Origin: Bythopirellula sp.
GTDB taxonomy: Bacteria > Planctomycetota > Planctomycetia > Pirellulales > Lacipirellulaceae
DNA length: 64,000 bases
NCBI GenBank assembly: GCA_965216565.1
Contig: OZ244170.1
Span: 4,192,001 to 4,256,000, forward strand
Direction of reading: 5' to 3'
The notes beneath the pieces were generated by a model. It was not told where the DNA came from and searched no databases. It saw only the letters and a list, made by a program, of their open reading frames with translations. Of this stretch, positions 50,266-59,854 are shown piece after piece. The translations under genes and the position numbers were made by a program. The stretch's first letter is position 1. Every line of letters begins with the position of its first letter.

Positions 50266-52941
50266 CTACTTCGCTATTTCTGAACGATCGTATTTCGGCA
50301 GGGTGCCCGTAGTTCGAATTTCGTTTCGCAGAACCATTCCAGCTTTGCCGGCTAGATTTAAGTAGAAATCGCTTGGCAATCCCTCGTAATCAATAAACTT
50401 TCCACCGTTAGCGACAGGTGGATCATTCGTGCATTTGAAAATCGCGGTACCTTCGTCGACTTCGTCGAACATCGCAAAATAGAGCATATCGCAATTTGCT
50501 CGTTTTGCTTCAACGATTTGCTTCCAGAGAAACTGGCCCTTTAGTCTCGGAATCGCGTTCAGCTTGTCACCCTTGAGGTTATGCCAACTAAAGCCGGGGA
50601 AAACCACAGGCATATAGTCCAGGTCTCTCTGTTTGGCCCACCTGTTGTCGATTCGCCAATAGCGCTTCGCATGGTTGCTGATGTCGTCTAATGTTCGATA
50701 TCGCCCTACGGTCCATGGACTGAGAACATCAGCAAGCTGAAGAACTTCATGCAAATGAGGATCGGGAATCGAATCACGCTTGAGCTCACGCCAGCCAGTT
50801 GGAATACCAAGCATCACGCTGCAGTTGTCCGCTTTAAAAAACTTGATCAACGCTTCGCACTCTGAGAGAGAGTACTCGCGTGGTTTGGTTTCGCTTCCGA
50901 ATCCAACCCCCCAAACGGCTACAAGAGGTTTCCCCTCGTGGAACTGGTACGCGGGGTTACTGTCTATTTGAAGTGTCTCTCGCAGATTATGCCAATCTTC
51001 TTCAATGGTCTGGACACCTCCAGCGGGGAGACCAGAAAGGTCGTACATCACCACGAACGTTCTTCCAGTTTGGTTGGCGCTATCACTGGCATGGCGAAGA
51101 ACAGTGTTGCGATGGCGAAGGATACGATCGTTCGATAAACCGTTGGCGAAGCGTTGCACAAAAGCTCCATCGATACCGTATTCTCGCATCCACTGAAAAT
51201 GCCTGAGCACCGTTTTGTGGTTCGCACTGCTAAAGACTTTGGCAACTTTACCTCCAGTGTGCTTGAACCCTGTCTCATAGAGTTCATCGTCATCGTACTC
51301 CGAGATATCGGGCCACAGGTCTACCGTGACGCTGCCGGGAGCGAACTTTTTGCCCCGCTTTCCCCAATGCGTCCAGCCCAGATCCATGCCATCGCCTTCG
51401 CAGTTGAACCAGCCTTGATAACCGCACATGACCTTACCCTTGAGCGTACCGCGATTAACCGCTTGGGAACGAATGGTGGAACGCGTATTCTGGTTCTTGA
51501 CGGTCTCGTTTAGCAAAACAGTTAATCGACTGACAATGTCTGGATGTAACTGATACAAGTTCTTTTCCTCAAACGGATCATCCGCGAGATTGTAGAGCTG
51601 TCCGCGCGGGCCCGTGGCGGATGGCTCGATATATTTTGGTTTCGAAAATCCTCCCGAGCCGAGTTCAGTAATAAGCTTCCAGTCGCCATCGCGCACCATC
51701 ATCATGGAAGGACGACTGCCCGCCTGCATGACGAAACTCTCACGCACACCTTTGTGGGCGGGGCTCTTGCTGAGCAATGTCGAAGAAAAGTCGACACTAT
51801 CGGGACCAGCCTCAGCGGGGAGATTTACATCCATGATGGCGGCGAAGGTTGCCAGAAAATCGGTGAAACAAACAAGCTGGTCGCTGGTGGAATTGGGCTC
51901 CACTTGCCCTGGCCACCGGACAATCATCGGCATCCGATGGCCCCCTTCCCAGGCATCCGATTTCATTCCTCGAAAGCCCCCCGTGCTCGAGTGGCCAAAT
52001 TTTTCGACATCCGTCTCACGCCAGCAAGGTCCGTTATCGGAAGTGAAAATGACTAGTGTGTCATCAGCGATTTGCGATTGGTCTAATGCATCGAGGACTT
52101 TTCCGATTTCGTCATCCACCATCGAAGCAAAGTCCCCGTACAAACCAGCTTTGCTTGTGCCCTTGAATTCATAGGAAGGTAGCCAGGGCGTGTGAGGAGC
52201 GGTATAAGCCAAATAGAGTAGGAGTGGTTGTTTTCCGTTTGCTTGTGACTTTGCATGCCCCTTGATGACCCGTACAGCCTGACTCGTAAATACTGGAAGC
52301 ACCTTCTCAAGTTTCATTCCTGGTGCAATTCCACCTGCCAACCGTCTTCGTCCCTGGATTTTTGACCAGTCTTCCGAAAAATCGTCATCGATGTGTTCGG
52401 TAGGCGGCTTCACTGCCTGATCATCTTGAATGTAGAAATATGGCGGAATATCGGTCGATGCTCGCATCCCATAAAATTGATCGAATCCGCAATCTACCGG
52501 TCCACCGCGCAATGGTTTGTCGTAGCCTTCTTCCTGGAAGCCAAGATGCCATTTACCAACCATCACCGTGTGATATCCTGCACGCTTGGCCACAGAGGCG
52601 ATGGTTGTTTGATCAGGCTCGATCAGGCTGTGTGTTGGCCAGCGGGTAACATCTGTACGGAAAGGATATCGACCGGTCAGCAATCCGTAACGCGACATGT
52701 GGCAAAGTGGCCCCGGAGCGTGGGCATCGGTAAAACGCATCCCTTGCTTGGCAAGCTGATCGATGTGTGGGGTAGATATTTTCGACTGCGAGTTGAAACA
52801 GCCTGGGTCGCCGTAACCCATATCATCGACCAGAATGAGCACGATGTTTGGCTGGGTCGGACGACCACCTGCGCGGTGAGGCCATGCCGCGGCCAATAGA
52901 AGAATGCTGCTCAGGGAAACGATGGTTAGTCGTACAAACAT
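50266..52941 (-). CDS. Sulfatase fused to a GH71/GH99-like glycoside hydrolase
   Basis: N-terminal VDDMGYGD, CHMSR, GKWHLG, SDNG; C-terminal KGKVMCGYQGWF, VFPGFSW, MFDEVDEGT. Confidence 0.85.
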   Translation of the reverse strand: MFVRLTIVSLSSILLLAAAWPHRAGGRPTQPNIVLILVDDMGYGDPGCFNSQSKISTPHIDQLAKQGMRFTDAHAPGPLCHMSRYGLLTGRYPFRTDVTRWPTHSLIEPDQTTIASVAKRAGYHTVMVGKWHLGFQEEGYDKPLRGGPVDCGFDQFYGMRASTDIPPYFYIQDDQAVKPPTEHIDDDFSEDWSKIQGRRRLAGGIAPGMKLEKVLPVFTSQAVRVIKGHAKSQANGKQPLLLYLAYTAPHTPWLPSYEFKGTSKAGLYGDFASMVDDEIGKVLDALDQSQIADDTLVIFTSDNGPCWRETDVEKFGHSSTGGFRGMKSDAWEGGHRMPMIVRWPGQVEPNSTSDQLVCFTDFLATFAAIMDVNLPAEAGPDSVDFSSTLLSKSPAHKGVRESFVMQAGSRPSMMMVRDGDWKLITELGSGGFSKPKYIEPSATGPRGQLYNLADDPFEEKNLYQLHPDIVSRLTVLLNETVKNQNTRSTIRSQAVNRGTLKGKVMCGYQGWFNCEGDGMDLGWTHWGKRGKKFAPGSVTVDLWPDISEYDDDELYETGFKHTGGKVAKVFSSANHKTVLRHFQWMREYGIDGAFVQRFANGLSNDRILRHRNTVLRHASDSANQTGRTFVVMYDLSGLPAGGVQTIEEDWHNLRETLQIDSNPAYQFHEGKPLVAVWGVGFGSETKPREYSLSECEALIKFFKADNCSVMLGIPTGWRELKRDSIPDPHLHEVLQLADVLSPWTVGRYRTLDDISNHAKRYWRIDNRWAKQRDLDYMPVVFPGFSWHNLKGDKLNAIPRLKGQFLWKQIVEAKRANCDMLYFAMFDEVDEGTAIFKCTNDPPVANGGKFIDYEGLPSDFYLNLAGKAGMVLRNEIRTTGTLPKYDRSEIAK

Positions 52942-53048
52942 GTCGCCACACCGCATACTCAGGTACTCCAGCGAAGACGCTAATCGCGAACCTATCAGCT
53001 TTCAGAAGCTATGTGCTACTTGCATCTCAAAGTTTCCAAATAGCATAA

Positions 53049-53066
53049 TATACCAAATTTGGTATA
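53049..53066. promoter_or_regulatory. Perfect palindromic operator TATACCAAATTTGGTATA between divergent genes
   Basis: Exact 18-bp palindrome. Confidence 0.8.
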
Positions 53067-53210
53067 GTGCAAAGCCTGTCCCTCAAAATAGTGGCCATTT
53101 CGCTCGTGGATGGCTTGCCTCGCGCTTAGCTACCTTGCCTTGAAGGAGAATACGGGACTCGCAAAGGATTTTTCTCTCACCTAGTGTCTTCGATTAACAG
53201 GGTTTGAAGT

Positions 53211-54137
53211 ATGAAAATCGTCTCAGAAATCCAATTACGAATTCTGCCAATCTTACTTGTCTTCGCTGCTTGCGAATTGTTCGGTTACACCTTAACGGCC
53301 AAGGCTCAGTCCGACTCAATAGACACGACAAAAGTGATGAGCTTCAACGTACGATTTGGAAAGGCCGACGATGGCCCCAATCGATGGGATGCACGCCGAG
53401 ACTTAGTCGTTAAGACCGTGAAAGATTTTGATCCCGATATTTTGGGCACTCAGGAAATGATGGGATTTCAATCGAAATTCTTTCAGCAACAGCTAACAGA
53501 TTATGGCTATCACGGAACCAGCCGTATTCCCACCGATGACGATCAAGAGCAGTGTACCATTTTCTATCGCACGTCCAGGTTCGAGAAAACTGATGCGGGT
53601 CACTTTTGGTTGAGTGAATCGCCCGATCAGCCTGGATCAATCTCCTGGGATTCGTCGCTGCCACGCATGGCTTCTTGGGTAAAACTAGTCAATCGGCGAG
53701 ACCCCAATCGCGAATTCTTCGTTTTCAATACTCACTTTGACCATGTTGGACAAGAAGCCCGACTGCAAGCGTCTGCGCTCCTCCGCCAACGGATTCAGAC
53801 CATTGCTGATGGTATGCCGACAATTGTCACTGGAGATTTCAACTCTGCTGAAAACAGCATTGCTCACCGAGTTCTATTGTTTGCCACAAAGCAGCTTACC
53901 CTGATTGATACATTTCAATCTGTAAGAACGCGGCCCGATCCCAATGCAGAGTCGACCTCCTCGCGGTGGAGTGGCAACCGTAAGGGGAGACGCATTGATT
54001 GGATCTTATGTTCATCTCACTGGGACGTAGCACACGCCGCAATCGATCGGTCGAACGACGAAGGGCGATATCCCTCGGATCACTATCCCGTAACAGCGCA
54101 CATCTCGCTTAAGTCTGAAGAGGTGACCGGCAAGTAG
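53211..54137 (+). CDS. Endonuclease/exonuclease/phosphatase (EEP) family protein, secreted
   Basis: MSFNVR, GTQE, NTHFDH, GDFN, RIDWI, SDHYPV; signal-like N-terminus. Confidence 0.9.
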   Translation: MKIVSEIQLRILPILLVFAACELFGYTLTAKAQSDSIDTTKVMSFNVRFGKADDGPNRWDARRDLVVKTVKDFDPDILGTQEMMGFQSKFFQQQLTDYGYHGTSRIPTDDDQEQCTIFYRTSRFEKTDAGHFWLSESPDQPGSISWDSSLPRMASWVKLVNRRDPNREFFVFNTHFDHVGQEARLQASALLRQRIQTIADGMPTIVTGDFNSAENSIAHRVLLFATKQLTLIDTFQSVRTRPDPNAESTSSRWSGNRKGRRIDWILCSSHWDVAHAAIDRSNDEGRYPSDHYPVTAHISLKSEEVTGK

Positions 54138-54206
54138 TCATTATGACAAACCAATGCCGTCTCGATGCAAACGCAATGATGGTATGGCCAACAGACTCTC
54201 TCTAGC

Positions 54207-57200
54207 CTAGAGCAGTTCAGAGAATTCGGGCCTGATTGCTTCTTCAGAATGCATGCCTTGTTCTGCGAATGCTTGCTCGTAAGCATGCAAATCCAGTTCC
54301 TCACTAATCGGAATTCGTACTAAGACCTGATTAGGTTGCAGATCATAGCTCTCGTCACTGTTCAGTAGAGAGCTATTTTGCTGCTCGATTGCATCTTGAT
54401 CATCCTCTGCGGAGCCTTGGTTCGCCACAGCCCAGAGCAGCATGCCAGCGTCTCGAACTGCGCTGAGACCAGGCGAAGGTGACGATTCAATTGTCTGAGC
54501 CGAGGAAGCAGCGAGTGTGGGTTCAGACGAAAAGCTCGAAGCGGTTGCGATTTGAGAACTAGCAGGTGCCGCCAATGGTTGCGACTGGCTGAGACTCACC
54601 TGCCAAGTTAGGAAATCAATTCCGTCGACATAACCACTCGCATCCCCGTCTGCTCCTTGGCCAGTGGGGATAGTTGACCCGTAATCGTTTGTCCACTTCG
54701 TTAAATCACTTGTTCCGACCGAACCGTTTTCATCATAGTCACCAGCAATGGCCGGTACACCGACTATGCTAAAAGTTGAGGTCTCAAACGAATCCCCAAT
54801 ATTGCCCCGGCCATCGGTAGGAGTAAGACGCAGTTGGTAAGTGCCTGAAGTGAGTCCGGTTGTATCCCAACTAAATACGTCGGACCAGGTACTTTCGCCA
54901 GTTGAGACGTTATATCCACTAGACGATGCAACGCTTGCATGTTCGATCGCCCTCCCCGCCTCATTCCATGTTGCCCCTCCGTTGTTCGTCCACTCGATAT
55001 CAACCAGGTTGTCTTCTTGTCCAGTCCATTGATCCATGGTGCCTGTTTTCCAATCGTCAGTGAGCGACAAGACGACTGAAACGAGGTTCTGCGGTGTGTT
55101 GACTATCGCAAATCCAGATTGCAACTCCGGACTGATAAGATCTCCAAAAGAGTGCAGCACACGCACATGATCGATTGGAATATTGTTGCCAGTAATCCGA
55201 AAGTCCGAAGCACCATTCTGTCTGTTGCCAAAGTAGGCATTGTCCAAGTAGAAGCGAGCAGTCCGCCATTGTCCACTATTTTCCAGGGTAACCGAATTCG
55301 CATTCTGATAAGCGGCGCTGGTGGAATCGTACTGGATATTTAGATTTCCGAAGCCAACATCTCTATAGGTCACTTCCACGATGGCATTCAGTCCGGCTTC
55401 GACTTCGCTTGCGAAGCTGTCATCAATTCGCATGTACATGTACAGGGAAGTGGGTGTACCAGAAAGCTGCCGAACCATGCGGCCATCGTTGGTGGTTGCC
55501 GTGGTTTGGCCATCCCCCGCCAGTTCTACCTGCTCTAGCCCCTTGCTGGCATTGGTGTTTCCCAAATCGGCATCAACTGCCAACATACTTTCCTTGATCA
55601 CGCGCACGCGTCGAACAAACAAATTCCCGCCTGCTCTCTCTAGTCGGAAATCCGCGTTGCCAGTTTGGCTGTTGCCAAAGTATGCATCTGATAGGTTGAA
55701 ACGGTGCGTTCGCCACTCGCCACTATTGGTTAATAGAGCAGCACTACTAGCCTTCGTAGATGAGGTTGTCGAATCGTATTCCACCTCGAAATTACCCGTA
55801 CCCGAGTCCAGATATTCCACTTCGATCGTGACATCTCGGCCGTCAACTTCTTGGAAGAGGAATCCATCATCAACCTGAAAATGCATTAAGTCATCAGTGG
55901 AAAAGATCGCATCGAAAGTATTACCATCGATGGTGAATGGCATGGTTTGGATTTGGCCACCCGCGACACTGACGTAATCTAGGCGATCGCTTCCAGAACC
56001 TTGCCAAACAACTTCGCCGCCAACATTCGCCCGATTTTCTAGTTCTGCTTCGGTGGGAATTGTGTCGTTAATTGAAATCTTGTTTTGCAACGCTTGCTTT
56101 GCCTGCCCTGTCAGTGCCAGCCACCAATCATTTGGCCTGGGGTCGCTGGTCTGATAGGTGAGTGGGTCGCCCTGGGCGTCTGTGTCGGGGACAGGAGGAT
56201 CGTCGCTAGCCGGTATGATATTCGTCCCCTCGTCATACTCATCGAACATTCCGATGAAGTACCAGGGGGCGTTGGTTTCGTTGGCAGCATCACTGATCAT
56301 GCGCCAATAGAATTCGCCATCTTCACGGTCGAGTGATGTGGCCGTGTCGTCGTTCTGCAAATGAGTCCAGGAAAACCCAGGGAAAATGTGAGGGATATGA
56401 TCGGCTGTGCCGTTGAGAATCGCTTCGTTGGGAGCAAACGAGTCACCACCCCACCAATACCCTTGCCAAGGGATGTAGGCATCGTTCAGGTTCGCATTGG
56501 CATGTTGCGTGGGTGTCTGTGTATGCCGACCTGCACCTATTACATACACGCCCTGATTCTTGAAATAATTGACTAAGTCCGTCTGCTGGGCCGTCGTATA
56601 GCTATTTCCGCTGCTCACGTAGAGTCCGAAAATTGCAACAACTGGCTTGCCATCTTCACTCTGGTAGTGCGAGTCGTTCAGCATGTCGAAGCCATTGACG
56701 TCGCTCAAGTATTCCCAATCGTCCTTAACCTGTTGAATCCTTTCCCATCTTTGAGCTTCGGTGCCTCCGTTTTGAATATCGTATTCGATCGCCCAGGTAC
56801 GTCCCTCGCGATGCGCCGCGTCGCGGGCATTCACAACGGGCCATTGCGGCTCGCCGACATAGGAGTTATCGGGCTGTTTAAACATGAACGACTCAGTGAA
56901 CCGCTGCACAAAAACACCATCGATATCATGCTCGCGCATCCATTGGAAATGGCGATTTACTACTGAGGCATTGGCTGAGGAAAATAGATATGCTTGCTCG
57001 CCGCTAGCGGTCGATACACCCGGCACCGCGAATACCTCGGTCGAGTCGTAGTCATTCACATCGGGCCACTGCTCCACGGACCAATCGCCCGGATTGCCCC
57101 AGTGGACGTATCCTTCGTCGGTAGCATCGTTGGGAGTATTAAACCACCCTTGATAGCCTGCCAGTACTTTCCCCTTGAGCGTGGAAGCATCGACTTCCCT

Positions 57201-57752
57201 GCTGAACCCTTGGTAAGGAGCTTGCCAGGGAGGCGAATCAACATATTCCAAACCACTATTCGGAAATGGCGTGTCCGATATTTGTACAGAAGAGACTGGC
57301 GTACCAAATGCAACGACGCGGAAATCATGACCGTTAGAACCATTCTGGAACTGTACGTTGTCCAGGTAATGGTACGAATTTACAAATTCTTGCGAATCAA
57401 CACGCGAGGATCGCGTGTGAAACTCCGTTTGATCGAAATTGCTTGCGACACTGTCGTATTGAAATCTGACCGTTCCAGAGCCTTCGTCAAAGTAATTGAT
57501 TTTGGCGTAAAGAGTATCGCCAGCCTGAAAGCCAGGAAAATTGGAGGGGTTGGTATTGTAATAGAGATAGGCTGGTCCAACGTAAACGTTAGTGCTATCC
57601 CGCTGCTCTAAGCTCCAGGTGCCATCGCCACTATTGGACGAGGGCGTCGTAAACGTAAGGGTTGTTAAGAGGACTCGATTTTCGAGTCTCTCAAAAGTTG
57701 ATTTGCGGCCGGCTAGTGAAGCAGTAGAGTTATTCTTCGATTCCGTGCTCAT
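54207..57752 (-). CDS. Extracellular GH71/GH99-like hydrolase with three repeated beta-rich modules
   Basis: TFERLENRVLL N-terminus; KGKVLAGYQGWF, FPGFSW, MFDEYDEGT; three Y.D.G.G....(Q/E)YDS modules; dockerin-like motif. Confidence 0.8.
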   Translation of the reverse strand: MSTESKNNSTASLAGRKSTFERLENRVLLTTLTFTTPSSNSGDGTWSLEQRDSTNVYVGPAYLYYNTNPSNFPGFQAGDTLYAKINYFDEGSGTVRFQYDSVASNFDQTEFHTRSSRVDSQEFVNSYHYLDNVQFQNGSNGHDFRVVAFGTPVSSVQISDTPFPNSGLEYVDSPPWQAPYQGFSREVDASTLKGKVLAGYQGWFNTPNDATDEGYVHWGNPGDWSVEQWPDVNDYDSTEVFAVPGVSTASGEQAYLFSSANASVVNRHFQWMREHDIDGVFVQRFTESFMFKQPDNSYVGEPQWPVVNARDAAHREGRTWAIEYDIQNGGTEAQRWERIQQVKDDWEYLSDVNGFDMLNDSHYQSEDGKPVVAIFGLYVSSGNSYTTAQQTDLVNYFKNQGVYVIGAGRHTQTPTQHANANLNDAYIPWQGYWWGGDSFAPNEAILNGTADHIPHIFPGFSWTHLQNDDTATSLDREDGEFYWRMISDAANETNAPWYFIGMFDEYDEGTNIIPASDDPPVPDTDAQGDPLTYQTSDPRPNDWWLALTGQAKQALQNKISINDTIPTEAELENRANVGGEVVWQGSGSDRLDYVSVAGGQIQTMPFTIDGNTFDAIFSTDDLMHFQVDDGFLFQEVDGRDVTIEVEYLDSGTGNFEVEYDSTTSSTKASSAALLTNSGEWRTHRFNLSDAYFGNSQTGNADFRLERAGGNLFVRRVRVIKESMLAVDADLGNTNASKGLEQVELAGDGQTTATTNDGRMVRQLSGTPTSLYMYMRIDDSFASEVEAGLNAIVEVTYRDVGFGNLNIQYDSTSAAYQNANSVTLENSGQWRTARFYLDNAYFGNRQNGASDFRITGNNIPIDHVRVLHSFGDLISPELQSGFAIVNTPQNLVSVVLSLTDDWKTGTMDQWTGQEDNLVDIEWTNNGGATWNEAGRAIEHASVASSSGYNVSTGESTWSDVFSWDTTGLTSGTYQLRLTPTDGRGNIGDSFETSTFSIVGVPAIAGDYDENGSVGTSDLTKWTNDYGSTIPTGQGADGDASGYVDGIDFLTWQVSLSQSQPLAAPASSQIATASSFSSEPTLAASSAQTIESSPSPGLSAVRDAGMLLWAVANQGSAEDDQDAIEQQNSSLLNSDESYDLQPNQVLVRIPISEELDLHAYEQAFAEQGMHSEEAIRPEFSELL

Positions 57753-57866
57753 TGACCTCTGTCCCTACTAAAGTTGTTGATTGGTTGAACTGTTGTACAG
57801 AGGAAGTTCAAGCAAACGCCTGCAGGCGCGGCTCGCACGCATATACTGAGTCAGCCCAAGTCTCAG

Positions 57867-57884
57867 TATACCAATACTGGTCTA
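57867..57884. promoter_or_regulatory. Operator TATACCAATACTGGTCTA upstream of the GH71/99-like gene
   Basis: Matches the consensus; minus-strand TATACT overlaps it. Confidence 0.7.
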
Positions 57885-58112
57885 CTTAGCCAGCATTTGG
57901 GGAGATTCCACCAGAAGGCCCACATTTGAGCCTCATGGATTAGGAATGGATTCCCCATGATCTCACCCCACCGCGTGTATGCAGCCATTCTTGGGATCCG
58001 CTGCTGCCTCTCGATTTATAGAGGCTCGACTCATATTTAATAGGGTCAGGTGGAAATGGGCTTGGTGAAAAAGCAGCGAAAATGACTTTTCCAGGGATCA
58101 GAATTCATTTGC

Positions 58113-58140
58113 TTGACAACTAGACCAATATTGGTACAGT
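58113..58140 (+). promoter_or_regulatory. Promoter with operator TAGACCAATATTGGTACA (58121-58138)
   Basis: TTGACA-16 nt-TACAGT. Confidence 0.72.
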
Positions 58141-58290
58141 AGAGCTATTGACACTGCTTTTCTAGATGGAGGGATTTTGAGGGTCTCGTGGCTTACGGGG
58201 CAAATGCCGTGCGATCTCCTCAAAGCGTTCCAATGATCTAATTGTTTCTTGATCCAGACTAGTTTTCTTTTTTTGGAGGGAGTAAAGCTC

Positions 58291-59208
58291 ATGAAGCGTG
58301 CAGCAATATTTAGTTTGGTAGCCAGCCTTTTGGTGGCAAGCCTTGCGGTCGTCGACCAAGCAGACGCCGCCACCCTGCGTTACCGTGCAAGTGGCGACTG
58401 GAGCCTGATTACTGATGGGGTAACCCCCGGCTGGGGTCCCAACCCTAGCGGCGTTGGTGTTTCGTTGCCTGGGGCTGGTGACGATGCCCGTATTAACTTT
58501 GGTAACAATACAGTTACGGTAACATCCGCAGTTCCTACTGTGAGTCGAGTTCAAATCGGTGTGGACGAAAGCGGAAACGTAGTGGTCGCCAATGGTGGCA
58601 CTCTCTCAGCCGACCTCGATATTCTCGCTGGAAACAACAACTCCAACGCCACCGGAAATCTAATCGTCAATAGCGGTGGAACGGTAAATGTTGGCCGAAT
58701 CTTATGGTCTGCCAACGATAGTTCGGACGGCAATATCACCATTGATGCAGGTGGCCAGGTCAACGTGGCCAGTCACCTGTGGTTGGGTGTAACGGGAACT
58801 TCCATAATAAATATTGATGGTACGCTGACTCAAACCGGTGGTATTTTGGGTCTTGGTACAAACAACGCTTCGACTCCTAATGGCGGTACGGCCACGGTGA
58901 ATGTCAACAGTGGCGGGCTTCTGGCTTTGAACAACATTTCTAGTGCAGGTGGACTGCCATCGGTTCAAGCTGGTTCGCTGCTGAATATTACCGGAACTGG
59001 CGAAATCACTGTTCCCGGTGATTTCACTAGTACGTTGCAGGCCTATGAGGATGCCGGCAAGCTTGTTGGTAATCTTGGAGTATCTGATGTGACGATCAAC
59101 CTCACCAAGAATCCTGGCTTTACGACTGCATTCATAGTTCCAGAGCCCGCTAGCCTTATGTTGTTCGCTCTGGGGATGAGTGGGATCCTGCTTCGCAAGC
59201 GAAGCTAA
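58291..59208 (+). CDS. PEP-CTERM protein, Gly/Asn/Thr-rich beta-strand repeat
   Basis: GGAGG RBS, signal peptide, VPEPAS, TM segment, RKR. Confidence 0.88.
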   Translation: MKRAAIFSLVASLLVASLAVVDQADAATLRYRASGDWSLITDGVTPGWGPNPSGVGVSLPGAGDDARINFGNNTVTVTSAVPTVSRVQIGVDESGNVVVANGGTLSADLDILAGNNNSNATGNLIVNSGGTVNVGRILWSANDSSDGNITIDAGGQVNVASHLWLGVTGTSIINIDGTLTQTGGILGLGTNNASTPNGGTATVNVNSGGLLALNNISSAGGLPSVQAGSLLNITGTGEITVPGDFTSTLQAYEDAGKLVGNLGVSDVTINLTKNPGFTTAFIVPEPASLMLFALGMSGILLRKRS

Positions 59209-59254
59209 ACTCCAGGCATGCATAGAAATGTTTTAACTCGATGAATTATCAAAC

Positions 59255-59296
59255 GGTTGGACCAAGTCACACCTCGGCTTGGTCCAACCTTTTTTT
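59255..59296 (+). terminator. Rho-independent terminator
   Basis: GGTTGGACCAAG / CTTGGTCCAACC stem followed by T7. Confidence 0.75.
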
Positions 59297-59426
59297 GGCG
59301 CTGGGTTGAAAGAATCAATTTTGGATCACACCAAACCAGATCCAGCCAGGAGACCAATTAGCAGTCCCTCGAACGCAAAGTGAACGAATTTGACATCGAG
59401 ATTATCGGAAAATCTCATCCAATCGC

Positions 59427-59454
59427 TTGACAACTAGACCAGATTTGGTATACC
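59427..59454 (+). promoter_or_regulatory. Promoter with operator TAGACCAGATTTGGTATA (59435-59452)
   Basis: GCTTGACAACTAGACCA is identical to 58111-58127. Confidence 0.7.
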
Positions 59455-59854
59455 ATACATTAATGGCGAGGGCAGGCTTATTTGCCGCTTGGTGGGAGTG
59501 TTTTCAACCTGTGTCACAGGATCATTCTCACCGACTTATTTTTGAAGCTGAGAATTTTCGCCGCAGGCTATTTCGAAAAACTACTTCACTGAATCGTTGG
59601 TGCAAGAACAAGTTTTTAGTCGTAACAGAATCGATTTCGGTTTGTTGAAATTGGACCTGGCTATTCGGGCAGCCTAGCTAGGGCGATCTCAGGCCAAGGC
59701 CACGTCGGCTTCGTATCACCGCCGTGGCACCTTTGGCTTAGAGGGGAATCGACTCGATATGAGGGAAACGGTACCAAATTGTTTCATGAGCGGCTCCGGT
59801 ATTCACGCCGCCGCTCAAACTACTTATCTCGACTTTTAGGGAGATGGACTACTG

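Noticed and set aside
59770..59787. GGTACCAAATTGTTTCAT as an eighth operator
   Set aside because: Only the left half matches
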